Below are positions 38,419 to 48,582 of a stretch of 64,000 nt of DNA, piece after piece. The notes under the pieces were generated by a model. The model had not been told where the DNA came from. It was given only the letters and a program-made list of their open reading frames with translations, and searched no databases. The DNA is from Bacteroidales bacterium UBA1205 (GTDB taxonomy: Bacteria; Bacteroidota; Bacteroidia; Bacteroidales; WCHB1-69). Position 1 is the stretch's first letter, and every line of letters starts with the position of its first letter. Location: assembly GCA_002309615.1 (NCBI GenBank), contig DBXT01000042.1, positions 2,154 through 66,153 of the forward strand, in the 5' to 3' direction. A program made the translations under genes and the position numbers.

Positions 38419-38808
38419 ATGAAAAATTTTGTTCGACAATACAAATATTCGCTTTTATGCTTTATAGTCATATTTATACTCATGGCTATTCCCGGCACCA
38501 TGATACCTCCTATTCCCAATTTTAGAGATTGGCTGCAATGGGATAAAATAAGTCACCTGCTATTTTTCGGAGGCTTGAGTTATGTTATGCTACGCGATAG
38601 ATATCAATCACCTTCTGTTAACAATAAGTTTTTCACTTACGGGTTCATATTTTTTATCGGCGTAAGTTACGGTGCCTTTACCGAATGGTTCCAGCATTTA
38701 CCCTTTGTAAAACGCGATGGTAATTATTTTGACTGGTGTGCCGATATCATAGGAGTAGCACTCGGCATGCTTTTATTCAGCCTGCTGCTTAAGAAAAAGA
38801 ACAACTAA
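38419..38808 (+). CDS. VanZ-family membrane protein
   Basis: Four TM helices, with 'DKISHLLFFGGLS' and 'DWCADIIGVALG', typical of VanZ-like proteins. The ATG at 38419 lies downstream of the terminator. Confidence 0.75.
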   Translation: MKNFVRQYKYSLLCFIVIFILMAIPGTMIPPIPNFRDWLQWDKISHLLFFGGLSYVMLRDRYQSPSVNNKFFTYGFIFFIGVSYGAFTEWFQHLPFVKRDGNYFDWCADIIGVALGMLLFSLLLKKKNN

Positions 38809-38814
38809 CTTCCG

Positions 38815-39348
38815 TTATTCTCCTGATTTATTGTTTGCCACCACTCCCAATTTGGCTAGGATAGCATCATTGATATCAAATTTGCTATCGGCATACACTA
38901 TGGTTAAGTCACCTGCTTTGTCAAACACAAAAGCATATGCTCTTTCTCTTGCATATTCCTCTATGGCGGTAAACACTCTGTCTTGTATAGGTTTGATTAA
39001 TTCTTCGCGTTTTTTGTACAAGTCGCCGTCGGTGCCAAAACGTTTTCTTTGCAATTCTTTAGCATCGTTTTCCGCGTTGATAATTTCATTTTGACGTTTT
39101 ATCTTTGCATCTTCGGGCAACAACACGGCGTCTTGTTGATACTTACGATACATTTCGTCAATTTCTTTAAATTTGGCTTCTATCTCTTTTTGCCAATTCA
39201 CACTCAAACGGTCCAGTTCTGCTTGTGCTTCTACATAACTGGGCATATTGCTCAATATATATTCCGAATCTATATATGCGTATTTTTGAGCGAATAAAGC
39301 GACTGAACCTGCTAAAAAGAACAATAATGCTAAAAATAATTTTTTCAT
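38815..39348 (-). CDS. OmpH/Skp-family periplasmic chaperone
   Basis: A signal peptide and a coiled-coil-rich 177 aa protein, directly downstream of bamA. Confidence 0.85.
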   Translation of the reverse strand: MKKLFLALLFFLAGSVALFAQKYAYIDSEYILSNMPSYVEAQAELDRLSVNWQKEIEAKFKEIDEMYRKYQQDAVLLPEDAKIKRQNEIINAENDAKELQRKRFGTDGDLYKKREELIKPIQDRVFTAIEEYARERAYAFVFDKAGDLTIVYADSKFDINDAILAKLGVVANNKSGE

Positions 39349-39370
39349 AATGCTATATTAATTTAAATGA

Positions 39371-41965
39371 TTAATCAATTGAACGACCTATAGAAAAATG
39401 GAATTGAGATTTATTGGCGTCTTTGTTGCCCGGTACAGGGTCAAATCCATAGCCCCAATCTAATCCCAACAAACCGAACATAGGCAGATATACTCTCACA
39501 CCTACACCGGCAGAACGATATAATTTAAACGGCTGATAACTTGCAAACGATTCCCAGCAATTACCTGCCTCCATAAATCCTAACAAATAAATAGTTGCAG
39601 AGGGATTCAGCGTGATAGGATAACGCAATTCCAAAGTAAACTTTTGATAGATGGCTCCACCTCCATCCGGTGCTAACGATTCATCGGTATATCCCCTCAT
39701 ACTTACTATTTCACGGCTATCGTACATATATCCTGTTGTCATACCGCTTCCTCCCAAATAAAATCTTTCAAAAGGAGTAATTCCCAACTGTTTGTTATAT
39801 GTACCCAAGATACCGAATTTGGCTCTTACGCTCAACACCAAATTCTCCACTATATTCACATATTGTGCTATATTAAACTTCCATTTGTGATACTCCAGCC
39901 ACTTATATTTTTCAGCATCAGACATATCGCTGTAGTTCTTTCTGCTCATCAACGAATATGGTGGTGTTAACTGCACACTGAACAACATTTCCGAACCCGT
40001 GCGGGGATAAATAGGCGCATCTACTGAATTTCGGCCTAAAGTAAACGTATAACTGATGGCATTGCACCGTCCTGAGTCCAAGATAAAATAGGAATAGTTT
40101 TTCACATAATATTGCTGATAAGAAAGCATATTGGACATATAAAAATAGTCATCCGGCAATTTCAACCTGTGCGATTCGCCTAAAGACACTTGTGTGATAT
40201 CAAAACGATAATATTTTGAATCCGTGGAGGCTACTCTATAGCTGGCAATACGATTGTGCGACACTCCGAAGGTGAGTGCGATAGGTTTTTTACCTCCTAC
40301 CCAAGGCTCGGTAAAGCTAAAGGCATAATATTGTGAATAATTGGAATACACTTGCACCCTGAACGACACGCTTTGACCGTCTCCGCTGGGAATGGGTGTC
40401 CACGCATCTTTTTTAAACAATTTACGGGTGGAAAAATTGTTAAAAGCCAATCCTACTGATCCGTAAAATACGTTCGAGCCCCAGCCGACTGATAATTCCA
40501 ATTGGTCGGAAGTGGATTCTTCCACCACATATTCCAAATCAACTGTGCCGCTTTTTTCGTCAGCTTTGGGTATTACATTCATATTCTCTTGATTGAAATA
40601 CCCCAAAGAAAGCAATTGGCGTTGCGAACGGATGATATCCGAACGAGAAAACACATTTCCCGGCACTGTTGCCAACTCCCGCAATATTACATTATCGGAA
40701 GTGCGGGTGTTACCGGATATGGTTACTTTGTTAATGCGGGCTTGTATTCCTTCGCGTATTCTTATTTCCACATCCACCGAATCGTCTTCCACCAATATTT
40801 CCACAGGCAGAGCATAATAGAACAAATAGCCGTCATCCAAATAGAGCGAGCTCACATCGGCATTGTCTTGTCCCATATTGAGATTTTGTTCCAAAAGTGA
40901 AGTGTTGTACACATCACCTTTGTTGATAGCCAATATTTTGGACAAAAGTTCGGAAGAATATTTGGTATTTCCCACCCATGTGATATTGCGGAAATAATAT
41001 TTCTTACCTTCTTCCACCTCTATGTCGATATTCATCTCTCTATTGTTGACAAGATATACACTATCTCTTTTGATATAAGCATCTCTATAGCCCAATTCGT
41101 TCATTTTCTTTACCAAGGCCACTTTATCATCTTCATATTTCTGCTCATCGAATTTAGAAGCTTTAAAACGAAAACGGACCCTGTCGGAATTGTATTGTTT
41201 GAACAATTGGAACAAATCTTTGCCTTTGTATTGATCGTGATTTCTAAAGAAATCGACCACTGCGGTATCCCATTTTTCAAAGGGTTGGAACAAAAATTTG
41301 GTTTTGGTTTCTTTCATTGCCATACGCAAAGTGGAAGATTCCATCTGCTGCGTTCCTTTAATATTGATGGTACCGACTTTCACTTTCTTTCCTTTGTTTA
41401 CTTCTATGGTAAGCACCACAAAATTGCTGTTAAGTGTATCGGTTTCCTCTGTAATGTTGGTGGTGGCATGATAAAAACCTTTTTCCTTATAATAGTCGGT
41501 AATCACATTGTTTACCACTATTTTGGTATTTTCATTTACCACCTTGCCCTGCACCAAATTAATTTTTTTCTCAAATTCTTCTATATCGCTTTTTTTAACG
41601 CCTTTGTAAACAAAAGAACTCAAGCGGGGCATTTCCTCTAAAAAAATATCCAGAAATATGACGTTACCTTCTATTTTGGAAGCGGATATTTTGATATTGT
41701 CTTTGTACAGACCCATTGCCGAAAGGCGTTGTATGGTTTTTCTGATTTTATCGCCAGGAATTTTAATTTTATCGCCCACCGCAAAATTCAAGGTGCGCAA
41801 ATCACATCTGCCCGTGCCGCTGAAAGTGATACCGCCTATTTCATATTCTCGCGGGGTGAGATAATTCAACGACATGCTCGTTTCTCCGCCCAGAGTCACT
41901 TGCGAATACAATTGCCCCAGAGAAACGATACATATTGCTATGAGAATTATCTTTATCTTACGCAT
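39371..41965 (-). CDS. bamA: Outer membrane protein assembly factor BamA
   Basis: 864 aa with a signal peptide, POTRA repeats and a C-terminal Omp85 barrel ('GGSGMTTGY', 'RSAGVGVRVYLPMFGLLGLDWGYGF'). Confidence 0.93.
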   Translation of the reverse strand: MRKIKIILIAICIVSLGQLYSQVTLGGETSMSLNYLTPREYEIGGITFSGTGRCDLRTLNFAVGDKIKIPGDKIRKTIQRLSAMGLYKDNIKISASKIEGNVIFLDIFLEEMPRLSSFVYKGVKKSDIEEFEKKINLVQGKVVNENTKIVVNNVITDYYKEKGFYHATTNITEETDTLNSNFVVLTIEVNKGKKVKVGTINIKGTQQMESSTLRMAMKETKTKFLFQPFEKWDTAVVDFFRNHDQYKGKDLFQLFKQYNSDRVRFRFKASKFDEQKYEDDKVALVKKMNELGYRDAYIKRDSVYLVNNREMNIDIEVEEGKKYYFRNITWVGNTKYSSELLSKILAINKGDVYNTSLLEQNLNMGQDNADVSSLYLDDGYLFYYALPVEILVEDDSVDVEIRIREGIQARINKVTISGNTRTSDNVILRELATVPGNVFSRSDIIRSQRQLLSLGYFNQENMNVIPKADEKSGTVDLEYVVEESTSDQLELSVGWGSNVFYGSVGLAFNNFSTRKLFKKDAWTPIPSGDGQSVSFRVQVYSNYSQYYAFSFTEPWVGGKKPIALTFGVSHNRIASYRVASTDSKYYRFDITQVSLGESHRLKLPDDYFYMSNMLSYQQYYVKNYSYFILDSGRCNAISYTFTLGRNSVDAPIYPRTGSEMLFSVQLTPPYSLMSRKNYSDMSDAEKYKWLEYHKWKFNIAQYVNIVENLVLSVRAKFGILGTYNKQLGITPFERFYLGGSGMTTGYMYDSREIVSMRGYTDESLAPDGGGAIYQKFTLELRYPITLNPSATIYLLGFMEAGNCWESFASYQPFKLYRSAGVGVRVYLPMFGLLGLDWGYGFDPVPGNKDANKSQFHFSIGRSID

Positions 41966-42016
41966 TTTTTATTTTTAAAGAATATAACGCCTGTACTGCG
42001 ATTTTATTATATAAAA

Positions 42017-42754
42017 TTACAATTGTTCACTTGTTTTTCCGAACCGACGTTCTCTTTTTTGATAATCGGCAACAGCTTCAAACAATTGTTCTTTGTTAAA
42101 GTCGGGCCAAAAACAATCGGTGAAATATAATTCCGTATAGGCTATCTGCCATAACAAATAATTGCTTATTCTATACTCTCCGCTTGTGCGTATCAACAGG
42201 TCGGGGTCGGGAATGTCATGGGTAAGCAGATGTTTTGCTACCATTTGTTCGTCTATATCGTCTATGCTGATATCCCCTGCCTGGACGCCTTGGGCTATTT
42301 GTTTGGCGGCATTGGCTATTTCCCAACGGGAACTGTAACTGATTGCCACCAATAAAGTTAAACTTGTATTTTGCATGGTTTGTTCCTCCATGACACGAAT
42401 ACTGTTTTGGCAATCTTTATTCAGCATAGCCAAATTACCTATAGCTCTGAATCTGATATTATGTTTTTGCAAGGTAGGCAATTCCAATTTGCATGTTGTG
42501 ACAAACAAATTCATCAAACCGCTCACTTCACTTTCGGTTCGATTCCAATTTTCTATAGAAAAAGCATATACGGTGAGATATTTTATCCCCAATTCCAACG
42601 CACCTTCCAAAGTGTTACGCAAAGCGGTAGCACCTTGTTGATGTCCTATTAAACGATCTTGATTACGCAATTTTGCCCATCTGCCGTTGCCATCCATTAT
42701 TACAGCCACATGCTGCGGTATAGGATATTTTTTAATTTCAGCAATTGATGCCAT
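42017..42754 (-). CDS. uppS: Isoprenyl transferase (undecaprenyl-diphosphate synthase)
   Basis: 'HVAVIMDGNGRWA', 'LTVYAFSIENWNR' and 'DLLIRTSGEYRISNYLLWQIAYTELYF'. Confidence 0.95.
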   Translation of the reverse strand: MASIAEIKKYPIPQHVAVIMDGNGRWAKLRNQDRLIGHQQGATALRNTLEGALELGIKYLTVYAFSIENWNRTESEVSGLMNLFVTTCKLELPTLQKHNIRFRAIGNLAMLNKDCQNSIRVMEEQTMQNTSLTLLVAISYSSRWEIANAAKQIAQGVQAGDISIDDIDEQMVAKHLLTHDIPDPDLLIRTSGEYRISNYLLWQIAYTELYFTDCFWPDFNKEQLFEAVADYQKRERRFGKTSEQL

Positions 42755-42778
42755 TGCGTTAAAATTATAAAAAATACT

Positions 42779-43678
42779 TTATCGTCTTTTGGGTAAACCT
42801 TTGGATTTTCCTGATTTTAACGGGGATGAACAATCATTAATCATATCCGATATTTTGAATGTAAAATTCAAAACGGCAAAGGAATACCAATCTTTAGCCT
42901 TGCTTGTGCCGCGTGCGGAGCCGGCTTTATGGTAGTCCGGCACCACCTCACCATCTTCATTGGTGGTGGTGGTTAAGGTTCTGTCGGCTAAATCGGCTAA
43001 CAATTGAGAACGATATTCAATTAAAAAATCTCTGTCAACGTAATTACCGCTTACATCATCTATATAATCGGTGAAGGTTTTTCTAAATCCCCATTCTATG
43101 CCTATAGAATAATATTGTAAGAAATTCACTCTGAAGCCCAATCCGAAAGGGATGGCGAAATTGGTTAAAGAATATCTTTTTTGATAATATTCATTGCCGT
43201 TGGCATCTGTTTGATTCAGGCCTTGACCTTCGGTGCCCAAGGCTTGCAAATCGTACCATGTGCCGTTCATTTCCGCTTGCGGATTAAAAGCAAAACCTGC
43301 TACACCCACAAACAGATAGGGAGTGCAACAGTTTTTACCTTTTTCGTTATACAAACGCAAAAAGTTCAATTCCACTTGTGCCGACAATTCGCATAAAGGG
43401 GAGCGAAAACTTAAATTACGTTCTGTATTGCCGTGGTCGGCATCACTGGCATAAAGAGAGCCGAACAAAGCCGAAGCCTTGATGGCGAAACGCTCATTGA
43501 TATTATAGCGATACAATATGCCACCGGCTGCCCTGGAGCCTTTGAAAACTCCTTTGGGATTTAAATCGCCCATGTAAAACGATACGCCTCCGCATACTCC
43601 TATTTCCGAAGATTGAGCCTTTACTCCTGACACTATCAGCAATAGTGCCGCCAATACTAAAGCATATCGTTTCTTCAT
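42779..43678 (-). CDS. Outer-membrane beta-barrel protein (DUF6089-like)
   Basis: A signal peptide and the shared motif 'WY.L..LGTEGQG' with the next ORF. The position next to uppS is typical of Bacteroidota. Confidence 0.6.
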   Translation of the reverse strand: MKKRYALVLAALLLIVSGVKAQSSEIGVCGGVSFYMGDLNPKGVFKGSRAAGGILYRYNINERFAIKASALFGSLYASDADHGNTERNLSFRSPLCELSAQVELNFLRLYNEKGKNCCTPYLFVGVAGFAFNPQAEMNGTWYDLQALGTEGQGLNQTDANGNEYYQKRYSLTNFAIPFGLGFRVNFLQYYSIGIEWGFRKTFTDYIDDVSGNYVDRDFLIEYRSQLLADLADRTLTTTTNEDGEVVPDYHKAGSARGTSKAKDWYSFAVLNFTFKISDMINDCSSPLKSGKSKGLPKRR

Positions 43679-43712
43679 AATAATATTTATTTAGGTGAAT
43701 AAATAAAATCTA

Positions 43713-44669
43713 CTATTTAAATGAGTTTCTCAAAGGATTCTTCTTTCCTTGCATTACATAGCACAAACCCAATTGAACAAAGAAATAAGCGTCATTTTTT
43801 AACGCATTACCGCGAATTTGTCCGGGAGTTAAAGAAGGATCCAACCGAACTCCGTCTGCAAAATATTTTGCACGGTCAGCCTTTTCAGCATCATTGGTTT
43901 CTGCCAATACTGCATCATAAACTGCATCGGGAGAAATATAGGTGGTGCTTACTTCATCCAAATAATCGGTAGAAGTAAGACGCATACCTGCTTCAATTTT
44001 CAATGCGAATGAAGGGGTGAACAAACGTTTAACACCCAAACCCAAAACGCCTACTGCTTGAACAGGGGCCGGTTGTTTACGGGTGGTCATCAAACCTTGA
44101 CCTTCGGTGCGTAATTCACGCAATGAATACCATTCACCGTCACTATATTTACCTTTACAATCGTACCATACACCGCCTGCGCCTAATATCAAATACATAG
44201 ACAAGGGTATACCTGAACGAACTGAACGGGATTTAAAGCCTTTGTGGTTAAAAGCACCCACTCTAAATGCAGACATGGTCTGTTTTAAGAAATAAAATTC
44301 CACACCGGCATATAATTCCACCAAATCGGTGATACGGCTCACCTGACGGATATTTCTTGATTCATTTTCGGTATAGTTATCACAAGAATTCATACGGGTG
44401 TAGGTTGCATCCAATTTGAATGCAAAGCCGACAGCGTTACCTTTATCTCTTGTGTAAGTATATCCTAAAGTATAAACCGGAGACATAGCTTGAAAGTCAA
44501 AATCTTTCAATCCGTATGTTCCGATACCGGGACCCCCGCCTAATTCACCTAACATGGTTGACCAGCCCATAGCTGCCGATAACGTATGTTGAGTTCCTAC
44601 CCATTTTTGAGCCGATGTTATAGTAACTAATCCTACTAATAAACAGACTAATACAAAATTTCTTTTCAT
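43713..44669 (-). CDS. Outer-membrane beta-barrel protein (DUF6089-like paralog)
   Basis: A signal peptide, 'EWYSLRELRTEGQG', and beta-strand periodicity. Confidence 0.6.
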   Translation of the reverse strand: MKRNFVLVCLLVGLVTITSAQKWVGTQHTLSAAMGWSTMLGELGGGPGIGTYGLKDFDFQAMSPVYTLGYTYTRDKGNAVGFAFKLDATYTRMNSCDNYTENESRNIRQVSRITDLVELYAGVEFYFLKQTMSAFRVGAFNHKGFKSRSVRSGIPLSMYLILGAGGVWYDCKGKYSDGEWYSLRELRTEGQGLMTTRKQPAPVQAVGVLGLGVKRLFTPSFALKIEAGMRLTSTDYLDEVSTTYISPDAVYDAVLAETNDAEKADRAKYFADGVRLDPSLTPGQIRGNALKNDAYFFVQLGLCYVMQGKKNPLRNSFK

Positions 44670-44708
44670 TACTAATAATACTTCTTTCTACTTTACAAAA
44701 AATTTTTG

Positions 44709-44716
44709 CAAAGGTA
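44709..44716 (-). promoter_or_regulatory. -7 promoter box (TACCTTTG on the minus strand)
   Basis: Plus-strand CAAAGGTA lies 40 nt upstream of ATG 44669. Confidence 0.5.
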
Positions 44717-44880
44717 GCATTTTTTTTAATGCTACAAATGTTTTTTAACAAAAAAATATAAAAAAAATGTGCATGCGATTTTATTTGATACCGAACAGCA
44801 AACAAACCAGCGGGTTTACCCTGCTTTGCAAGCGGAAATTTTATAGTAAAAAAATTATTTTTAACAGCTGTGATAAAAAA

Positions 44881-46221
44881 TCAATCTTTCACTTCAGCCA
44901 TTAAATCAAAAGCATCGGCATGAGTGATAAGGGCATTATAAAAAGCTCCTATTTGCAATGCTTGTTCGGTAACAGGGATAAGCACTCTGTTATCCACCTC
45001 CGGAGAGTCGTATTGGGTGCGTCCTTCATAATATTCACCTTGTCTGTCGTCTATCACCACTTTTAGTTCCTTTCCTACCAAGGATTTGTTTTTTTGCAAA
45101 GAGATATCATATTGCACAGCCATCAAACGCTCTTGTCGTCGTTGTTTTTCTGCTTTGGTAACATTGTCTTTCATAGCAAAGGCAAGCGTGTTTTCTTCAT
45201 GAGAATAGGTAAACACTCCCAGACGGTCGAAATAAGCTTGTGCCACAAAATCCTCCAATTCCTTGAACATTGCCTTGGTTTCTCCGGGGAAGCCCACTAT
45301 CAGCGATGTGCGTAATGCCACATCGGGAACCTTTTGCTTGATGGTGTCTATCAGTTGTCTGATTTGTTCTCCGGTAATATGCCTGTGCATGGCTTGCAAC
45401 ATATCGTTATTGATATGCTGAACGGGCATATCTATATAATGACAAACATTGGGATATTGTAACATTAATTCCAACAATTCCAACTGAAAGGAATTAGGAT
45501 AAGTATAATGCATGCGTATCCATTCCACCCCTTTTATTTGAGCCAATTCCTCCACCAATTGCGGCAACAGGTATTTTTTTTCTATATCTTGACCATAAAA
45601 AGATAAATCCTGTGCCACCAGCAACAGCTCTTTCACCCCTTTTTGCGCCAGCCATTCCGCCTCTTGCTTTATGAGCGATACGGGTTTGGAAATTTGCCTG
45701 CCTCTTATTTTCGGTATGGCACAAAAAGCACAATTATGGGAACATCCTTCCGATATTTTCAGATAAGCATAATGTGAAGGAGTGGCTGTTTTTCTGCGTG
45801 TTATCATACCGGGGTAATATTTTGCCCCCAAATAGGCGAGTATTTCTTTTGTAGCCTCAGTAGGGAAAAAAGCATCCACTTCGGGAATGGACTGTTGTAA
45901 TTCTTCCTTATAACGTGCAGACAAACAACCATATACTATCAGTTTTTTGATTTTTCCGGTGTTTTTTAATGCCACGCATTCCAATATCATATTCACCGAT
46001 TGTTCTTTAGCGTCGGCTATGAATCCGCAAGTGTTGATAATGGTAATAGGCATGGGCTGCTGACTTTCATGTACTACCAAAAAGTCATTGGCTTCCAATT
46101 GTGCCGCCAACTGCTCGGAGTCCACCAAATTCTTTGAACATCCCATGGTGATGATGTTCACCTCACACGGAATATTGCTTGAGGATGAAGATTTGGCTAC
46201 CAAAAAATTGATTGATTGCAT
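44881..46221 (-). CDS. rimO: Ribosomal protein S12 methylthiotransferase RimO (radical SAM)
   Basis: An MTTase N-domain 'NIITMGCSKNLVDSE', the radical SAM motif 'CSHNCAFCAIP' and a C-terminal TRAM domain. Confidence 0.9.
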   Translation of the reverse strand: MQSINFLVAKSSSSSNIPCEVNIITMGCSKNLVDSEQLAAQLEANDFLVVHESQQPMPITIINTCGFIADAKEQSVNMILECVALKNTGKIKKLIVYGCLSARYKEELQQSIPEVDAFFPTEATKEILAYLGAKYYPGMITRRKTATPSHYAYLKISEGCSHNCAFCAIPKIRGRQISKPVSLIKQEAEWLAQKGVKELLLVAQDLSFYGQDIEKKYLLPQLVEELAQIKGVEWIRMHYTYPNSFQLELLELMLQYPNVCHYIDMPVQHINNDMLQAMHRHITGEQIRQLIDTIKQKVPDVALRTSLIVGFPGETKAMFKELEDFVAQAYFDRLGVFTYSHEENTLAFAMKDNVTKAEKQRRQERLMAVQYDISLQKNKSLVGKELKVVIDDRQGEYYEGRTQYDSPEVDNRVLIPVTEQALQIGAFYNALITHADAFDLMAEVKD

Positions 46222-46222
46222 G

Positions 46223-47530
46223 CTATTTTTTTCTTTTATCCACTATCACCCTGCTGATGTTTCCGTTGGTGTATTCTACGCTGTATATAATCTGCCCGTT
46301 TTCATCGTAATAAGTCCACACGCCGGATTTAACCAACATGGAATAAGCCCCTGTGCTGTGTTTTTTTCCGTTGGCAAAATATTGTGTCCATTTGCCGTCG
46401 GGTATATCGTCGGTAAAACTCTGCTCTCTGCTCAACACTCCTTGCTCGTCGTAGAATTTCCACTTGCCTGTTTTTTTGTTAACAGCAAATTTTCCAGTGT
46501 TCAGCAGACGACCATATTCGCTATAGACGCTCCATTTCCCTTGTTTTTCATCTTTAACATAGCTGCCTTTTTCCTTTAGTTTGCCGTTTTGCCAATAAGC
46601 AATATGTTTCCCGTTACGCAGATTTTTTTCAAAGTCGGTTTGATATTTCATTATGCCCGAAGCATACCATCCTTTCCATAAATTACACATTTTCCCTTGG
46701 CAAAAAAAGCCTTCATCCTGCTTTTTACCATTCACATACCACGATGTCCACAGGCCTTCTTGTTTATCATTAACAAATTTCCCTTCGCGTTGTTTTTGTC
46801 CTTTTTCGTACCAAGCTGTCCAGGTGCCTTCGCGTTTTCCGGCGATAAAATTTCCTTCCTTCCATTTTTCACCTGTTTCGTAGTAATAGGTCCATTTTCC
46901 GTCTTGTTCTCCGTTAACAAATTTGCCGGTGCTGCCCAGATTGCCGTTTTCGTTATAAAAATTCCACAATCCTTCTTGCTTGCCCTGTATCAGTGCACCT
47001 TCCATTTCTTTATTGCCGTTGGTATACCACCAATCGGCTCTGCCTTCCAACTCTCCGTTTTTATAATTTCCTTTAAACGAAAGTTTTCCGTCATTGTAAT
47101 ATTCTTCACATTTGCCGTTTAATTCTCCGTTTGCATAGTTACAGTATTTGGACAATTGACCGTTGGTATAATAAAATTTCCATACGCTGTCTTTTTCATA
47201 ATTTTTAAAATACCCCGCACTTTCTTTGGCACCGTTTTCATACCAGGATAAAAATTCGCCTGTTTGCGGATAATATTGCGTACACAATGCCCCGCTTTCG
47301 TACCACGATTTCCACAGGCCCGTTTTACGCCCGTTTTCATACTTGCCCTCCATGGCTTTTTTGCCGTTGGTATGATAATATGTCCACGCCCCGACTTCCA
47401 CTCCGTTTTGGTAGCTGCCTTGGCTGCGTTTATTACCGTTTTTCCAATATGCTACAGAATCCTGCACTTGGGCATATACATTCACGCACATCAATGTGCA
47501 AAACAATATGGTTATTTGCTTTACCTTCAT
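46223..47530 (-). CDS. Secreted MORN-like/YwqK-family repeat protein
   Basis: The signal peptide MKVKQITILFCTLMCVNVYAQ is followed by about 17 tandem ~23 aa repeats of the form 'G.W..(W)Y.NG.K...G.Y.NG...G'. The ATG at 47530 lies 1 nt after the upstream stop. Confidence 0.75.
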   Translation of the reverse strand: MKVKQITILFCTLMCVNVYAQVQDSVAYWKNGNKRSQGSYQNGVEVGAWTYYHTNGKKAMEGKYENGRKTGLWKSWYESGALCTQYYPQTGEFLSWYENGAKESAGYFKNYEKDSVWKFYYTNGQLSKYCNYANGELNGKCEEYYNDGKLSFKGNYKNGELEGRADWWYTNGNKEMEGALIQGKQEGLWNFYNENGNLGSTGKFVNGEQDGKWTYYYETGEKWKEGNFIAGKREGTWTAWYEKGQKQREGKFVNDKQEGLWTSWYVNGKKQDEGFFCQGKMCNLWKGWYASGIMKYQTDFEKNLRNGKHIAYWQNGKLKEKGSYVKDEKQGKWSVYSEYGRLLNTGKFAVNKKTGKWKFYDEQGVLSREQSFTDDIPDGKWTQYFANGKKHSTGAYSMLVKSGVWTYYDENGQIIYSVEYTNGNISRVIVDKRKK

Positions 47531-47531
47531 A

Positions 47532-48578
47532 TTAATCTTCTTCATTAAAATATAGTTGATAATACTGCATTTTTCTGTCTTGGTCGTAACCGCGGGATAT
47601 AAAATCGCGTTTACCGTGTACATACACATGAAAATTTTTATCCAATTTGATAACACTTTTCAATATCTTGGCTTGTTTTTTCACAGCCGTTTCGGATATG
47701 TCAAAATTATCGTTCAGTTGGTAACCGCCATAGTTTTCACATTGCGAACGGTAGAATTTGAATTGTTCTTCCGCCTCATCGTTTTGTATCACCTCTTTGG
47801 CATAATCGTCAAACGAAAATTCATCGTTGGTTTTAAAAAATTCAGCCGAACGATTCAACAATATTGCTTGTTGGTCTTTGGTGATGTTAAAATTTTCCGG
47901 CAAAGCTGTCCGCACAAAATCGTTGCACATTTCTATGGCTTTTTGTGTTTGGAAAAAATTGTTTTCCATTTGACACAATCCCAAAAAGTTGTCCATCCAA
48001 TAGTTGCCGTTCTCCCCTTTTCCCGAATCGAAAGCCGCCACCACATAACCATCGGTGGATTGCACATCCAGCACCAGGCAGCCTTTTTCTATTTTGCTCA
48101 CAAGCGAACCTTCTTCTGCCTGCACTTGCAGGGCGTTGCCTTCGGCATACACTTTCAAAAAAGTTTCTTTTTTTTCCGCCTTGAACAATCCTACCGCATT
48201 CACCAACTGATCTTGATAAACACAATTTTGGAATTTGACAACATAGAATTCCCCTTTAAGAATATTTTCGCTGATACATTTGGCATATAGCATTTTTGCA
48301 AGTGCCACCGAATGCATATACAAGGAATCACTGCCCGTCAATATGGACGATACACATCTATACACGCCGTTATCGCTCACATTGCCGTCTTGTGCAACAA
48401 AACGATAATATTCATCATATTTGAACGACGAGAACAAAAAATGTATCATGGCATTTTCGGTGAACTCGTCCAAATGCAGCACACCGTCACTTATCATGAT
48501 ACCGCCTTCGGGGTCTGTTTGACTGCCCACACGGTGCACGGCTATTTCCGTAATTTTGGTATCTTCGGTAAAAAACAT
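47532..48578 (-). CDS. Nucleoid-associated protein (NdpA/YejK-like)
   Basis: 348 aa with an N-terminal 'ITEIAVHRVGS' motif. The call rests on recollection of this family's layout, so confidence is moderate. Confidence 0.6.
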   Translation of the reverse strand: MFFTEDTKITEIAVHRVGSQTDPEGGIMISDGVLHLDEFTENAMIHFLFSSFKYDEYYRFVAQDGNVSDNGVYRCVSSILTGSDSLYMHSVALAKMLYAKCISENILKGEFYVVKFQNCVYQDQLVNAVGLFKAEKKETFLKVYAEGNALQVQAEEGSLVSKIEKGCLVLDVQSTDGYVVAAFDSGKGENGNYWMDNFLGLCQMENNFFQTQKAIEMCNDFVRTALPENFNITKDQQAILLNRSAEFFKTNDEFSFDDYAKEVIQNDEAEEQFKFYRSQCENYGGYQLNDNFDISETAVKKQAKILKSVIKLDKNFHVYVHGKRDFISRGYDQDRKMQYYQLYFNEED

Positions 48579-48582
48579 AATA

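Noticed and set aside
47556-48290. A 244 aa ORF on the plus strand opposite the nucleoid-associated protein gene. Similar long antisense ORFs occur elsewhere: 55392..56126 (-) opposite relA/spoT, 52295..52993 (-) opposite the Na/Pi transporter, 4701..5261 and 5376..5888 (-) opposite lepB, 58698..59300 (-) opposite asd, and 60073..60615 (-) opposite patatin.
   Set aside because: These are shadow ORFs fully embedded antisense to genes with unmistakable conserved motifs. Their translations are low-complexity and rich in F/I/Y/H, with no recognisable domains or signals.
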